A DNA stretch of 64,000 nt from positions 34,995 through 98,994 of the forward strand of contig JAGBXW010000006.1 in NCBI GenBank assembly GCA_017629095.1, given 5' to 3'. The notes beneath the pieces were generated by a model, which made no database searches, was not told where the DNA came from, and saw nothing but the letters and a program-made list of their open reading frames with translations. The position numbers were made by a program, and so were the translations under genes. This DNA is from Treponema sp. (GTDB lineage Bacteria; Spirochaetota; Spirochaetia; Treponematales; Treponemataceae). Positions 46,438 to 55,138 of this stretch are shown here, in pieces. Within the stretch, counting starts at the first letter, position 1. Every line of letters starts with the position of its first letter.

Positions 46438-47076
46438 ATGAAGAAACTATCAATTTTTATAACATTTATTGTTTGTTTAACTGGTTGTACTGCAACTAGG
46501 TCTAATCCAGAAGTAGTAGAACCTGTAGAAGAGGTAGCTCCAGTTCAACAAATAATAGAAGTTGTTGAACCCGAACCTGTTGTAGAAGAACCTACTCCTG
46601 TCCCAGAACCAGTACAACTGGAACCTGCAGAGAAGGAACTTACACCAGAGGAACAAGAATTTCTAAGATCCACTCAAGATCTTGATGAAAAATTTGCCGT
46701 TTCTATCGATACTTTCACGAAAGATAAGAAAGATGTTTTGGACACCATTAATGAGCTTGATACAATCATGAAAAAAGGTGACTATACACGTTGGTTAACT
46801 TATGTTTCTAAAGAATCAAAGGATTACTGGATGAATTCGGCTCGGCTCAAGGAACTGGAAGGCCGGCTTCCAGTAAAAGGCTTGAAGCTTTCTGGATTAC
46901 GTGACTATTTCAAATATATTTTTGTACCTGCACGGGCTGGTCACTCTGTAGATGAAATTCGTTATATTTCTGATACTGTGGTAAAAGCCGTTCAAGTAAA
47001 AGAAAAACGTGATATCGTTTATTACACTTTTGAGAAAATAGACGGTAAATGGTTGTTAAAACTTGATACACTGTGA
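46438..47076 (+). CDS. hypothetical lipoprotein with P/E/V-rich linker
   Basis: 'FIVCLTGC' is a canonical lipobox. A ~50-aa 'EVVEPVEEVAPV...EPEPVVEEPTPVPEPVQLEP' linker follows, then a ~130-aa globular domain of unknown family. Confidence 0.65.
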   Translation: MKKLSIFITFIVCLTGCTATRSNPEVVEPVEEVAPVQQIIEVVEPEPVVEEPTPVPEPVQLEPAEKELTPEEQEFLRSTQDLDEKFAVSIDTFTKDKKDVLDTINELDTIMKKGDYTRWLTYVSKESKDYWMNSARLKELEGRLPVKGLKLSGLRDYFKYIFVPARAGHSVDEIRYISDTVVKAVQVKEKRDIVYYTFEKIDGKWLLKLDTL

Positions 47077-47151
47077 TTTTAACGAATTTGCAATTGATTT
47101 TTTGAAATAGGTGTATTATAGTTATATAATCTGTTCTTAGGAGGATATTGA

Positions 47152-47856
47152 ATGAAGTCAACAAAGATGTTCGCACTTCTTTGCATGGGGTTGCTTTTTA
47201 CAAGTTTTGCGTTTTCACAGCAGGCTGAAGGAGAGACAACTGTTGAACAAGAGTATTTAAGTAGTGTTGAGGATGTAATCATCCGGGAATTGGCAGACAC
47301 AGATGATAGAGACAATAAGCTTGTTTCTCTCCAGTATATCGAAGCAGCTGTTAGTGGTGGTCGTACAAGTCCTGATATTGTATACTCATTGGAATCCTTA
47401 GCTGGTGAAGGTATTTCTTCTCAGGCTCGTACAAACGGACGTCTTATGAATAATTATCCTGACGTTCGTGCTAAGGCATGTGAGTTGTTAGGGGAAATCA
47501 AGACTGAAGAATCAAAAACTATTCTTGTTAAGACCGCTCTTGCAGATAATGAACCCATGGTTGTAACTGCTGCAATCAGAAGCTTGGGAAATATCGGTAT
47601 CAATGAAAATGATGAGGTTGTTTCCACAATTATTTGGGTGCAGAAAAAGTATGCAACATTGAATCCTACCAGTAGCTTAGCTATGGAGATTTTGCTTGCT
47701 TATGAAAGATTGGCAGATACTGTGGAAGATACATCTCCCATGATTCAGTCCATTTCAGCTATTGCATCTAATTATACTTTTGTTCCTCCTGTTCGACAGA
47801 AGGCATATGATTTACTACGCCAGTTAACTGGAGTTGGTTCTTCTCGCTCAAAGTAA
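47152..47856 (+). CDS. secreted HEAT-repeat (PBS-lyase-type) protein
   Basis: A signal peptide 'MKSTKMFALLCMGLLFTSFAFSQQ'. Repeats such as 'YPDVRAKACELLGEIKTEES' and 'NEPMVVTAAIRSLGNIG' match HEAT/PBS-lyase periodicity. Confidence 0.6.
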   Translation: MKSTKMFALLCMGLLFTSFAFSQQAEGETTVEQEYLSSVEDVIIRELADTDDRDNKLVSLQYIEAAVSGGRTSPDIVYSLESLAGEGISSQARTNGRLMNNYPDVRAKACELLGEIKTEESKTILVKTALADNEPMVVTAAIRSLGNIGINENDEVVSTIIWVQKKYATLNPTSSLAMEILLAYERLADTVEDTSPMIQSISAIASNYTFVPPVRQKAYDLLRQLTGVGSSRSK

Positions 47857-47863
47857 GGAAGAT

Positions 47864-47895
47864 AAAAAAAAGGACGCTGAAAAGCGTCCTTTTTT
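47864..47895. terminator. bidirectional intrinsic terminator between the HEAT-repeat gene and tRNA-Arg
   Basis: An 8-bp stem AGGACGCT/AGCGTCCT with loop GAAA, flanked by A7 upstream and T5 downstream. Confidence 0.8.
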
Positions 47896-47896
47896 A

Positions 47897-47970
47897 TGAG
47901 AGATACAGGATTCGAACCTGCCACCTTCGCCTCCGGAGGGCGACGCTCTATCCAAATGAGCCAATCTCTC
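47897..47970 (-). tRNA. tRNA-Arg (anticodon CCG)
   Basis: The reverse complement gives GAGAGATTGGCTCATTTGGATAGAGCGTCGCCCTCCGGAGGCGAAGGTGGCAGGTTCGAATCCTGTATCTCTCA. It forms a cloverleaf with anticodon loop CTCCGGA and is collinear with E. coli tRNA-Arg(CCG). Confidence 0.9.
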
Positions 47971-48023
47971 AAGTGTGTAGAAGGATATAATGATTTAAAT
48001 GAAATGTCAAGTGAGGAAAAATT

Positions 48024-48620
48024 ATGGAACCAATTATCTTAGCTTCAGGATCGCCTCGCCGGCAAGAAATCCTAAAAACCCTTGGGGTTCCCTTTCAAGT
48101 TATAATCCCCCAAATTGATGAAAGTATTATAGAGGGAATTGAGTTAGAAAAGCAGCCAGAGTATTTAGCTTCCAAAAAAGTAGAGTATGTTTCTAAAATG
48201 CTTCCTGTAAAACAAGAAGTGCCTTGGATTTTAGGGGCAGATACTATCATGATTATGGATAACAAGGTTTATGGTAAACCAGTTGATATTGATGAAGCTG
48301 TTCAATTCTTGAAGGAATTTTCTGGGAAAACCCATACAGTGATAACTTCTATGGCCTTATATAATGGTAGACTGAAATACCTTACAACACGAACAGCACA
48401 AACAAAGGTTACCTTCTCTTCTCTAAGTCAAGATGAAATTGACTGGTATATTTCTACTGGTGAATGGCATAATGTTGCTGGAGGATACAGAATACAGGGA
48501 TTTGGCTCATATTTTATCAAAAAAATAGAAGGGACAAGCAGTGCTGTTATAGGCTTGCCACTCTTTGAATTATATGATATGTTGAAAGAGCAAGGATATT
48601 CCTTGATTGGATTGGAATAA
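48024..48620 (+). CDS. maf: Maf-family nucleoside triphosphate pyrophosphatase
   Basis: 'IILASGSPRRQEILKTLGV', 'GADTI' and 'GGYRIQG' motifs. Confidence 0.9.
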   Translation: MEPIILASGSPRRQEILKTLGVPFQVIIPQIDESIIEGIELEKQPEYLASKKVEYVSKMLPVKQEVPWILGADTIMIMDNKVYGKPVDIDEAVQFLKEFSGKTHTVITSMALYNGRLKYLTTRTAQTKVTFSSLSQDEIDWYISTGEWHNVAGGYRIQGFGSYFIKKIEGTSSAVIGLPLFELYDMLKEQGYSLIGLE

Positions 48621-48751
48621 TTCTTGTCTACAGGTAGAGTTTAATCGTAGATTGCCCTACTTGTCGAATCTTCCGGGCTTTATCTAGTAATAGATAAAGT
48701 TACGAGAAATAGAGTTTGGAGGAAACTTCGGTTTCCGGGAAGGAGTTACTC

Positions 48752-49615
48752 ATGGCAGTTGTAACCATGAAGAGTTTGCTTGAGTCTGGTGTACACTTTG
48801 GTCACCAGGTTAAGCGTTGGGATCCCCGCATGAAGAAATACATCTTTGCAGAGCGGAATGGAATTCACATTATTGACTTGCAGAAGACTATTGTATCTAT
48901 CAAGGATGCATACGAAGCTGTACGTAAGGTAACAGTAGCTGGAAAATCAGTACTGTTCGTTGGAACAAAAAAGCAGGCACAGCAGGCTATTGCTAAAGAA
49001 GCAGAACGCTGTGGAATGTATTACGTAAACAATCGCTGGCTTGGCGGTATGCTTACAAACTTTTCTACTATTAAGAAGTCATTAACTCGTCTCAAGAAAC
49101 TTGAGAAGATGGAAATCGACGGAACATTCGATAATCTTACAAAAAAAGAAATTGCATCTCTTCAGAAAGAAAAGGCAAAATTGGAGAAGAACTTGGGCGG
49201 TATCAAGGAAATGAAGGAACTGCCTGGAATCATCTTCATTATTGATACTCACAAGGAGCAGATTGCTGTAACAGAAGCACGTCGCATGGGTATTCCTATT
49301 GTTGCTGTTGTTGATACAAACTGTAACCCAGAAGGAATCGATTATCCTATTCCTGGTAACGATGATGCTATCCGTGCTATTACTTTGTTTACTCAGATTA
49401 TTGCTAACGCTGTAATCGATGCTGATAATGAAGCTGGTCTCAAAATTATTGAAAACTTGCAGGATGATGATGAGGAAATGACCTCTGAGATTTCTGGAAA
49501 GTCTGACGAAGAAGAGATTATTGATTATAGCAATTATACACCTACCGAGCCAAAAGAAGAAGATGTTGATACATCTGATGACGATGACTTGGATGAAGAC
49601 AAGTTGTATAAATAA
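48752..49615 (+). CDS. rpsB: 30S ribosomal protein S2 with acidic C-terminal extension
   Basis: '[22 protein letters not shown]' and '[24 protein letters not shown]'. The start is the ATG at 48752 with AGGAG 6 nt upstream. The track start at 48716 is an overextension. Confidence 0.95.
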   Translation: MAVVTMKSLLESGVHFGHQVKRWDPRMKKYIFAERNGIHIIDLQKTIVSIKDAYEAVRKVTVAGKSVLFVGTKKQAQQAIAKEAERCGMYYVNNRWLGGMLTNFSTIKKSLTRLKKLEKMEIDGTFDNLTKKEIASLQKEKAKLEKNLGGIKEMKELPGIIFIIDTHKEQIAVTEARRMGIPIVAVVDTNCNPEGIDYPIPGNDDAIRAITLFTQIIANAVIDADNEAGLKIIENLQDDDEEMTSEISGKSDEEEIIDYSNYTPTEPKEEDVDTSDDDDLDEDKLYK

Positions 49616-49642
49616 TTATAAACAATATTGGAGAAAATATAG

Positions 49643-50479
49643 ATGGAAATTAAAGCTGCTGATGTAAAGGCACTACGTGATAAAACTGGTGCTGGTATGA
49701 TGGAGTGCAAGAAGGCACTCGCTGAAACTAACGGTGATGCTGCTGCTGCTGAAAAGTTGCTGAAAGAAAAGGGACTTGCAGCTGTTGGTAAACGTGCTGA
49801 CCGTGAAACTGGCGAAGGTCGTGTATTCATCAAAATTGAAGGAAATAAGGCTGCTATCTGTGAATTGACCTGCGAAACAGACTTTGTTGCAAAGAACGAA
49901 GACTTTATCAAGATTGGAAACGATATTGTTTCAACTGTAATTGCTAAAGGTTATACAGAAATTACTCAGGACTTGTCTGATATGTTGTTGGACTTGGCAA
50001 CAAAGATTCGCGAAAACATGACTATTCGTCGGTTAGAATTGGTAGAAATTCCTGCTAATGGAACTGCATCTGGTTATGTTCACAGCGACGGTAAGACAGG
50101 TGTAGTGACAGTTGTTACAGCTGAACCCGCTGATGCTGCAAAGAATGCAGATGTAACAGAGTTTGCCCACGACTGTTGTTTGCATATGGCTGCTTTTTCT
50201 CCTGCTTATATTAAGAGAGAAGATGTTGATGCTGCTTATATCGAGGAGCAGCGTGAAATCTTCACAAAGCAGGTTGAAAGCCTTGACAAGCCCGACAATG
50301 TAAAGAAGGGTATTGTTGAAGGAAAAGTAAACAAGCACTTGGCTGAAATTTGCTTTATGGATCAGCCCTTCGTTAAGGATGATAAGGTATCTGTAACGAA
50401 GAAACTGGAAGAAATTGGTAAGAATGTTGGTGCAAAGTTGACAATCGAAAAGGTTGTTTTCTATCAGCTTGGAGCATAA
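49643..50479 (+). CDS. tsf: translation elongation factor Ts
   Basis: 'VKALRDKTGAGMMECKKALAETNGD' (UBA-like N-terminus) and 'TDFVAKNEDF'. Confidence 0.95.
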   Translation: MEIKAADVKALRDKTGAGMMECKKALAETNGDAAAAEKLLKEKGLAAVGKRADRETGEGRVFIKIEGNKAAICELTCETDFVAKNEDFIKIGNDIVSTVIAKGYTEITQDLSDMLLDLATKIRENMTIRRLELVEIPANGTASGYVHSDGKTGVVTVVTAEPADAAKNADVTEFAHDCCLHMAAFSPAYIKREDVDAAYIEEQREIFTKQVESLDKPDNVKKGIVEGKVNKHLAEICFMDQPFVKDDKVSVTKKLEEIGKNVGAKLTIEKVVFYQLGA

Positions 50480-50487
50480 TTTTTAAT

Positions 50488-50523
50488 AAAGCCTTGGTAG
50501 AAATGTTCTATCAAGGCTTTTTA
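50488..50523 (+). terminator. intrinsic terminator after tsf
   Basis: A stem AAGCCTTGGTAG/CTATCAAGGCTT (one G-U pair) followed by a T-run. Confidence 0.7.
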
Positions 50524-50536
50524 TGAGGAGCATTAT

Positions 50537-51088
50537 ATGTCAGTGAGTGAAGCAACAATGGGTCGCATGGACAAAACCATTGCAGCTCTAAAAGATGAAT
50601 TTAAGGCCTTGCGCACTGGTCGTGCCTCGGCCTCTATTTTTGATAGAGTTCGTGTTGATTATTATGGTACCCCTACTCCATTAAATCAAGTATCAACTAT
50701 TTCTGTTCCAGAGGCTCGTTCAATTGTTATTCAGCCTTTCGATAAATCATTGATTAGTGAGATTGAAAAGGCTATTTTAAAATCTGAGTTGGGATTGAAT
50801 CCTTCCAATGATGGTAAGGTTATTCGTATTTCTATTCCACCCCTAACTGCGGAAAGAAGAAAAGAACTAGTAAAGCAAGCAAAATCCATTGCAGAAAATA
50901 GTCGTGTTGCCATTAGAAATATTCGTCGTGATGGTAATGATGAACTGAAGAAGCAGCAAAAAGATGGCACAATTACTGAAGATGATTTGAAGACAGGAGA
51001 AGCTGATCTTCAGAAATCTACAGATAAATATATTCAAGATATCAACAAGATTCTTGAAGAAAAAGAAAAGGAAATAATGGAAGGCTAA
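50537..51088 (+). CDS. frr: ribosome recycling factor
   Basis: 'LRTGRASASIFDRVRVDYYGTPTPLNQV' and 'IPPLTAERRKELVK'. Confidence 0.95.
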   Translation: MSVSEATMGRMDKTIAALKDEFKALRTGRASASIFDRVRVDYYGTPTPLNQVSTISVPEARSIVIQPFDKSLISEIEKAILKSELGLNPSNDGKVIRISIPPLTAERRKELVKQAKSIAENSRVAIRNIRRDGNDELKKQQKDGTITEDDLKTGEADLQKSTDKYIQDINKILEEKEKEIMEG

Positions 51089-51090
51089 TA

Positions 51091-51804
51091 ATGGCTACCA
51101 TTATGACGGATGATATGACCTTTCCTACCCATGTTGGAATTATCATGGATGGAAATGGTCGTTGGGCCCAAAAAAGAAATCTCCCCAGAACAGCAGGTCA
51201 TAAAGAGGGCTTGGAGGTTGCTAAGCGTATCATATCTTGTGCTGCAGAGGTAGGAATAAAATATGTTACCTTATATACCTTTTCTACAGAAAACTGGAAG
51301 AGAACAGAGGAAGAAGTTGGTTTTCTCATGGGCCTCATCACCCGCCATCTTCGTGCAGAGTATAAATTTTACAAAGAGCACGGAATACGAATCTGTCACA
51401 TAGGTGATACAGGAAAGTTACCTGTAGCCGTGCAAAAAGAGATGCTTGCTGCAGAGGAAGAAACTGCAAATTTTAAGAAAATGACTGTAGTTCTTGCTAT
51501 AAACTATGGTGGTAGAGATGAATTGATTCGAGCTTTGAAAAAATTATCTCCAAAAATCATAGATGGAAGTATATGTGAACAAGATATTTCGAAAGCTTTT
51601 GATGTTCCTGAGCTTCCTGATGCAGATGTGATTATTCGTACTGGGGGAGAAAAACGATTAAGCAATTTTCTTTTATGGCAGTCGGCCTACTCTGAATTAT
51701 TTTTTTCAGATACGTTGTGGCCAGATTTTGATTGTACAGAATTTTTATCAATCTTATCAGACTTTAATAATAGAGATAGAAGATTTGGAGATGTCAAGAG
51801 GTAA
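51091..51804 (+). CDS. uppS: undecaprenyl diphosphate synthase
   Basis: 'HVGIIMDGNGRWA', 'YVTLYTFSTENWKR' and 'IIRTGGEKRLSNFLLWQSAYSELFF'. Confidence 0.95.
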   Translation: MATIMTDDMTFPTHVGIIMDGNGRWAQKRNLPRTAGHKEGLEVAKRIISCAAEVGIKYVTLYTFSTENWKRTEEEVGFLMGLITRHLRAEYKFYKEHGIRICHIGDTGKLPVAVQKEMLAAEEETANFKKMTVVLAINYGGRDELIRALKKLSPKIIDGSICEQDISKAFDVPELPDADVIIRTGGEKRLSNFLLWQSAYSELFFSDTLWPDFDCTEFLSILSDFNNRDRRFGDVKR

Positions 51805-51813
51805 GGAGAAACA

Positions 51814-52674
51814 ATGAATAAAATTTTACGGAGATTATTGACTTTTTTTATTGGACTTCCTCTTGTTGTTCTTATTGTATATCTTACACCTTTTAATCAT
51901 TTATTATTACATTGTGCAATTACTATTTTTGCCTTCATGGCTTCAACTGAAATTTACAATCTTTTAAGTAAAAATATTCCCATGCAGAATAAATACTTGG
52001 TGGTAGGATTTGCCACCTTAATTCCTATTTCTGCTTATGGATGTATTTTATTAAATCTTGATTTTACTATATCAACCCTTGTTTTTTTAGCATTTTTCAT
52101 GATTTTGTTGATTATAGAGATTTTTCTTCCATCTTCACACAATCTAGATATGCCCTTTGCTGATTCAAATAAAAAAATAACAGGTTCTCTTTTTGTACTT
52201 TTATATGGTGGATATCTTTTGTCTTTTCTGTCACGAATGACTAGTTTTCCCCACTCAAGAGAGTTTATAATAACCTTTCTTGTAATTGTTTTTCTCTGTG
52301 ATTCTGCAGCTTGGTTTTTTGGAGTGCTTTTTGGAAAAGGATCACGAGGACTTGTTAAAGCGAGCCCTAATAAAAGTCTCATAGGTTTTGTTGGTGGGAT
52401 CTTAGGAGCGATCGCTAGTGGTATTTTGTGTTCTTTTATTTGGCCAGATGTTTTTTCTGGTTCTTTATGGAAAATGGTGCTTTTAGGCTTGTTTGTATCC
52501 ATTGCTGCTATTTTGGGAGATTTGGCAGAATCTGTATTTAAAAGATCAGCGGGAGAAAAAGATTCAGGAAACATTATTCCAGGACGAGGTGGTGCATTAG
52601 ATTCCATTGATTCACTTCTGATGGCTGCCCCACTTTATTATTTCATTGCAGGTATGTTGTTTACGGAGCTATGA
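51814..52674 (+). CDS. cdsA: phosphatidate cytidylyltransferase
   Basis: A polytopic protein with the C-terminal signature 'SVFKRSAGEKDSGNIIPGRGGALDSIDS'. Confidence 0.92.
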   Translation: MNKILRRLLTFFIGLPLVVLIVYLTPFNHLLLHCAITIFAFMASTEIYNLLSKNIPMQNKYLVVGFATLIPISAYGCILLNLDFTISTLVFLAFFMILLIIEIFLPSSHNLDMPFADSNKKITGSLFVLLYGGYLLSFLSRMTSFPHSREFIITFLVIVFLCDSAAWFFGVLFGKGSRGLVKASPNKSLIGFVGGILGAIASGILCSFIWPDVFSGSLWKMVLLGLFVSIAAILGDLAESVFKRSAGEKDSGNIIPGRGGALDSIDSLLMAAPLYYFIAGMLFTEL

Positions 52675-53765
52675 AAAAATTACTTATCTTAGGTTGTACT
52701 GGTTCTATTGGAACTAGTGCCCTCAATATCGCTCGAGAATTTCCTACAAGATTTAAGGTTGTAGGTCTCACGGCTCACCATTCTAAAGAAAAATTACAAG
52801 AACTTTCTAAGGAATTTGGTGATGTACCAGTTTGTTTGACAGGTGAAGAACCATCTGAAGCCCTAGAACAGCTTATTACAACTTGTGGGGCTGACATTGC
52901 AGTAAATGGTATTGCTGGTTCACCTGGACTCATGCCTTCTGTATATGTGTTACAATCTGGAATCGATTTAGCCTTAGCTAATAAAGAGACTATTGTTATG
53001 GCTGGGCCTTTAGTAGCTCAACTTGCACAAGAACATGGATGCAAAATCCTTCCGGTAGATTCAGAACATTCAGCAGTTTTTACTTTAGTAGAAAAATTTG
53101 GCTCAGATGCCATTAAAGAGATTGTTTTAACAGCATCAGGTGGCCCCTTCCGTGAAAAAAAACGCGAAGAATTACCTTTTATGAAGCCTGCAGATGCATT
53201 AAAGCATCCTACTTGGGATATGGGAACAAAGATTACCATTGATTCTGCCAGTCTTGCTAACAAGGGCTTGGAAGTAATTGAAGCCTGTCGTCTTTTTGGT
53301 GTTTCTCCAGATAAAGTTAAGGTAACTGTCCATCCACAAAGTTTGGTTCACTCTTTAATCAGAACAAAAGATGGTGTTTTATATGCCCAAATTTCTCCTC
53401 CAGATATGCGTCATCCCATTTTAACTGCCCTTACATGGCCAGAATTTGTTCCCAGTAGCCTTGAGGAATGGGATATTGTTTCTGGAGGTACCTTAAATTT
53501 TTACCCTCCCCGCATGGATGATTTTCCTATGCTTCCCCTCGCCTATAAATCTCTTTCTATGGGAGCAGGTCCAATCGCTTATAACGCTGCAAATGAGGTT
53601 GCAGTAGCAGCATTTTTGAAGGAAAAAATCTCATTTACCCAGATAGCTACTGTTACAGAAAAAGTTTTACAACATGATTGGAGTCAAGAACCTGTTACTA
53701 TAGAAGAGGTATTTTTGTTTGATAAGAAGGCTCGCCAACAGGCTCAAGATATTGTGGAGAATTAA
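52671..53765 (+). CDS. dxr: 1-deoxy-D-xylulose 5-phosphate reductoisomerase
   Basis: 'ILGCTGSIGTSAL', 'LANKETIV', 'PVDSEHSA' and 'HPTWDMGTKITIDSASLANKGLEVIEA'. Confidence 0.95.
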   Translation: MKKLLILGCTGSIGTSALNIAREFPTRFKVVGLTAHHSKEKLQELSKEFGDVPVCLTGEEPSEALEQLITTCGADIAVNGIAGSPGLMPSVYVLQSGIDLALANKETIVMAGPLVAQLAQEHGCKILPVDSEHSAVFTLVEKFGSDAIKEIVLTASGGPFREKKREELPFMKPADALKHPTWDMGTKITIDSASLANKGLEVIEACRLFGVSPDKVKVTVHPQSLVHSLIRTKDGVLYAQISPPDMRHPILTALTWPEFVPSSLEEWDIVSGGTLNFYPPRMDDFPMLPLAYKSLSMGAGPIAYNAANEVAVAAFLKEKISFTQIATVTEKVLQHDWSQEPVTIEEVFLFDKKARQQAQDIVEN

Positions 53766-53780
53766 TCGGGAGGTTCTTTA

Positions 53781-55136
53781 ATGACAATAGTTTGGGGAAT
53801 ACTCTGTCTCGGACTCATTGTATTTGTCCATGAATTAGGGCACTTTATTGCTGCACGTATTTGTGGTGTAAAGGTTGAAAGTTTTTCTATTGGAATGGGG
53901 CCAGTGCTTGTTCACAAGACACTAGGAGAAACCGATTATCGGCTGTCACTTTTACCCTTCGGTGGTTATTGTGGGATGAAGGGTGAGCAGGCTTTTCGAG
54001 ATGCCCTTGAGCAAAATCTTCCATCAATTCCTAAGGAAGAAGGTGGATTTTATGGTGTACACCCCCTAAAGCGGGCCATTATTGCCTTTTCTGGACCTGC
54101 AATGAACCTTATCTTTGCCATTATCAGTTTTACTATCATTGCTATGACTGGTTATACTTTTTATGCTGCTGACAATAAAGTGATTCTAGCTGATGATGTA
54201 TATCCAGAAATGAATTCTGTAGCAAAAGCAGCTGGAATACAAACTGGAGATAAGATTCTCTTTATCAACGGAAAGGAAATTACTGATTTTTCTCAAATCT
54301 CTCAAACTGTATCTGTTCACCCCAACGAACAGTTGGAAGTAATTATTGAACGTGATGGAGTTCAACAGAAATTATTTATTACACCCAGTATGGATTCTTC
54401 TACTGGACAGGGTAAAATCGGTGTTATGAATTGGGTTAGTCCCCAAGTGTATTCAGTCACAGTGGGGGCTGCAGCTTATAGAGCTGGACTACAAGAGGGT
54501 GATGTAATCACTGCTATAAATGGGCAACCGGTGAATAATACCGTTGACATGCAAAAACTATTGCCACAAGAGGCTTCTACTGTGGCTCTCCAAGTAATGC
54601 GGGATGGAAATATAGATCCCATTGAACTTTCTTTGACAGTTCCTGCAAATGGAGATTTAGGATTGATGTTCAGTGTTCCTGCTCGTGAGGCTCCCCGTTA
54701 TTCCTTTTTTCCTGCTATATGGCAAGGTACAAAAGAAACTGGCCAGTTGTTTGCTTTAACCTTTAAAAGTATTGGGCTTTTGTTCAAGGGTGTTGATGTC
54801 ACCCAGGCTGTGTCTGGACCAGTACGTATAACTGTTATGCTAGGAGATACCGTCCAAACAGGATTCAAGGCCGGTTTTCGTGCAGGTCTTACTCGTACAT
54901 TAAACTTCTTGGCCTTGATTAGCATTTCCTTGTTTATCATGAATTTGTTGCCAATTCCAGTTCTTGATGGAGGCCTCATACTTTTTGCCCTCATTGAAAC
55001 AATAATTCGTCGTCCAGTTCATCCTAAGGTAATGTATTACACACAATTTATTGGAATTGCATTTATTGTTGTTTTGTTCGGTATTGCTCTTTTCAGTGAT
55101 GCTCGTTATTTATTTTCTGATTTTTTTAGGCGGTAA
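53781..55136 (+). CDS. rseP: RIP site-2 zinc metalloprotease RseP
   Basis: 'VFVHELGHFIAAR' (HExxH), PDZ-like middle domains and the C-terminal 'NLLPIPVLDGG'. Confidence 0.93.
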   Translation: MTIVWGILCLGLIVFVHELGHFIAARICGVKVESFSIGMGPVLVHKTLGETDYRLSLLPFGGYCGMKGEQAFRDALEQNLPSIPKEEGGFYGVHPLKRAIIAFSGPAMNLIFAIISFTIIAMTGYTFYAADNKVILADDVYPEMNSVAKAAGIQTGDKILFINGKEITDFSQISQTVSVHPNEQLEVIIERDGVQQKLFITPSMDSSTGQGKIGVMNWVSPQVYSVTVGAAAYRAGLQEGDVITAINGQPVNNTVDMQKLLPQEASTVALQVMRDGNIDPIELSLTVPANGDLGLMFSVPAREAPRYSFFPAIWQGTKETGQLFALTFKSIGLLFKGVDVTQAVSGPVRITVMLGDTVQTGFKAGFRAGLTRTLNFLALISISLFIMNLLPIPVLDGGLILFALIETIIRRPVHPKVMYYTQFIGIAFIVVLFGIALFSDARYLFSDFFRR

Positions 55137-55138
55137 AA

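Noticed and set aside
50480-50536. Absence of pyrH between tsf and frr (the usual order is rpsB-tsf-pyrH-frr).
   Set aside because: The gap is only 57 nt and holds a clean tsf terminator. There is no pseudogene remnant. The same tsf-frr adjacency is, to my recollection, normal in treponemes, so this is a lineage trait and not a deletion scar.
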